Shown here one piece after another: positions 63,948 through 64,000 of a stretch of 64,000 nt of DNA. The DNA is taken from the NCBI GenBank assembly GCA_951406725.2, contig OX597816.1:53320001-53384000 (forward strand). The letters run 5' to 3'. Every line of letters starts with the position of its first letter. Within the stretch, counting starts at the first letter, position 1. Both the position numbers and the translations under genes were made by a program. This stretch comes from Octopus vulgaris. Its lineage: Eukaryota. The notes beneath the pieces were generated by a model. It saw only the letters and a program-made list of their open reading frames with translations, did no database searches and was not told the DNA's origin.

Positions 63948-64000
63948 AACTACTACTACTACTACTACTACTACTAATACCTTAAATTCCTTTTTAGCTG

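Overview
AT-rich, repeat-dense animal genomic DNA, very likely an octopus (coleoid cephalopod), judging from recognisable tRNA-derived SINE families and very high microsatellite density. This is an inference from remembered repeat consensus, not a database hit. Most long ORFs in the track are microsatellite or SINE artefacts. The one well-supported host coding feature is a 127-nt minus-strand exon (53658-53784) encoding the first half of a WW domain. A candidate 9-nt micro-exon lies upstream of it, so much of the window is probably intron of a large minus-strand gene. The rest is a layered transposon landscape: several mariner/Tc1 elements (one nested three deep), a DD37D/maT fossil, hAT and piggyBac MITEs, a Gypsy LTR-PBS-gag-protease relic, RTE LINE 3' ends, and multiple Penelope-like (PLE) remnants. 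The most notable signal is a set of about six or seven minimal type-I hammerhead ribozyme motifs from several unrelated sequence families. These include two intact, divergently oriented copies inside a near-perfect 194-bp-arm palindrome at 8211-8626. Coordinates of degraded repeats are approximate.
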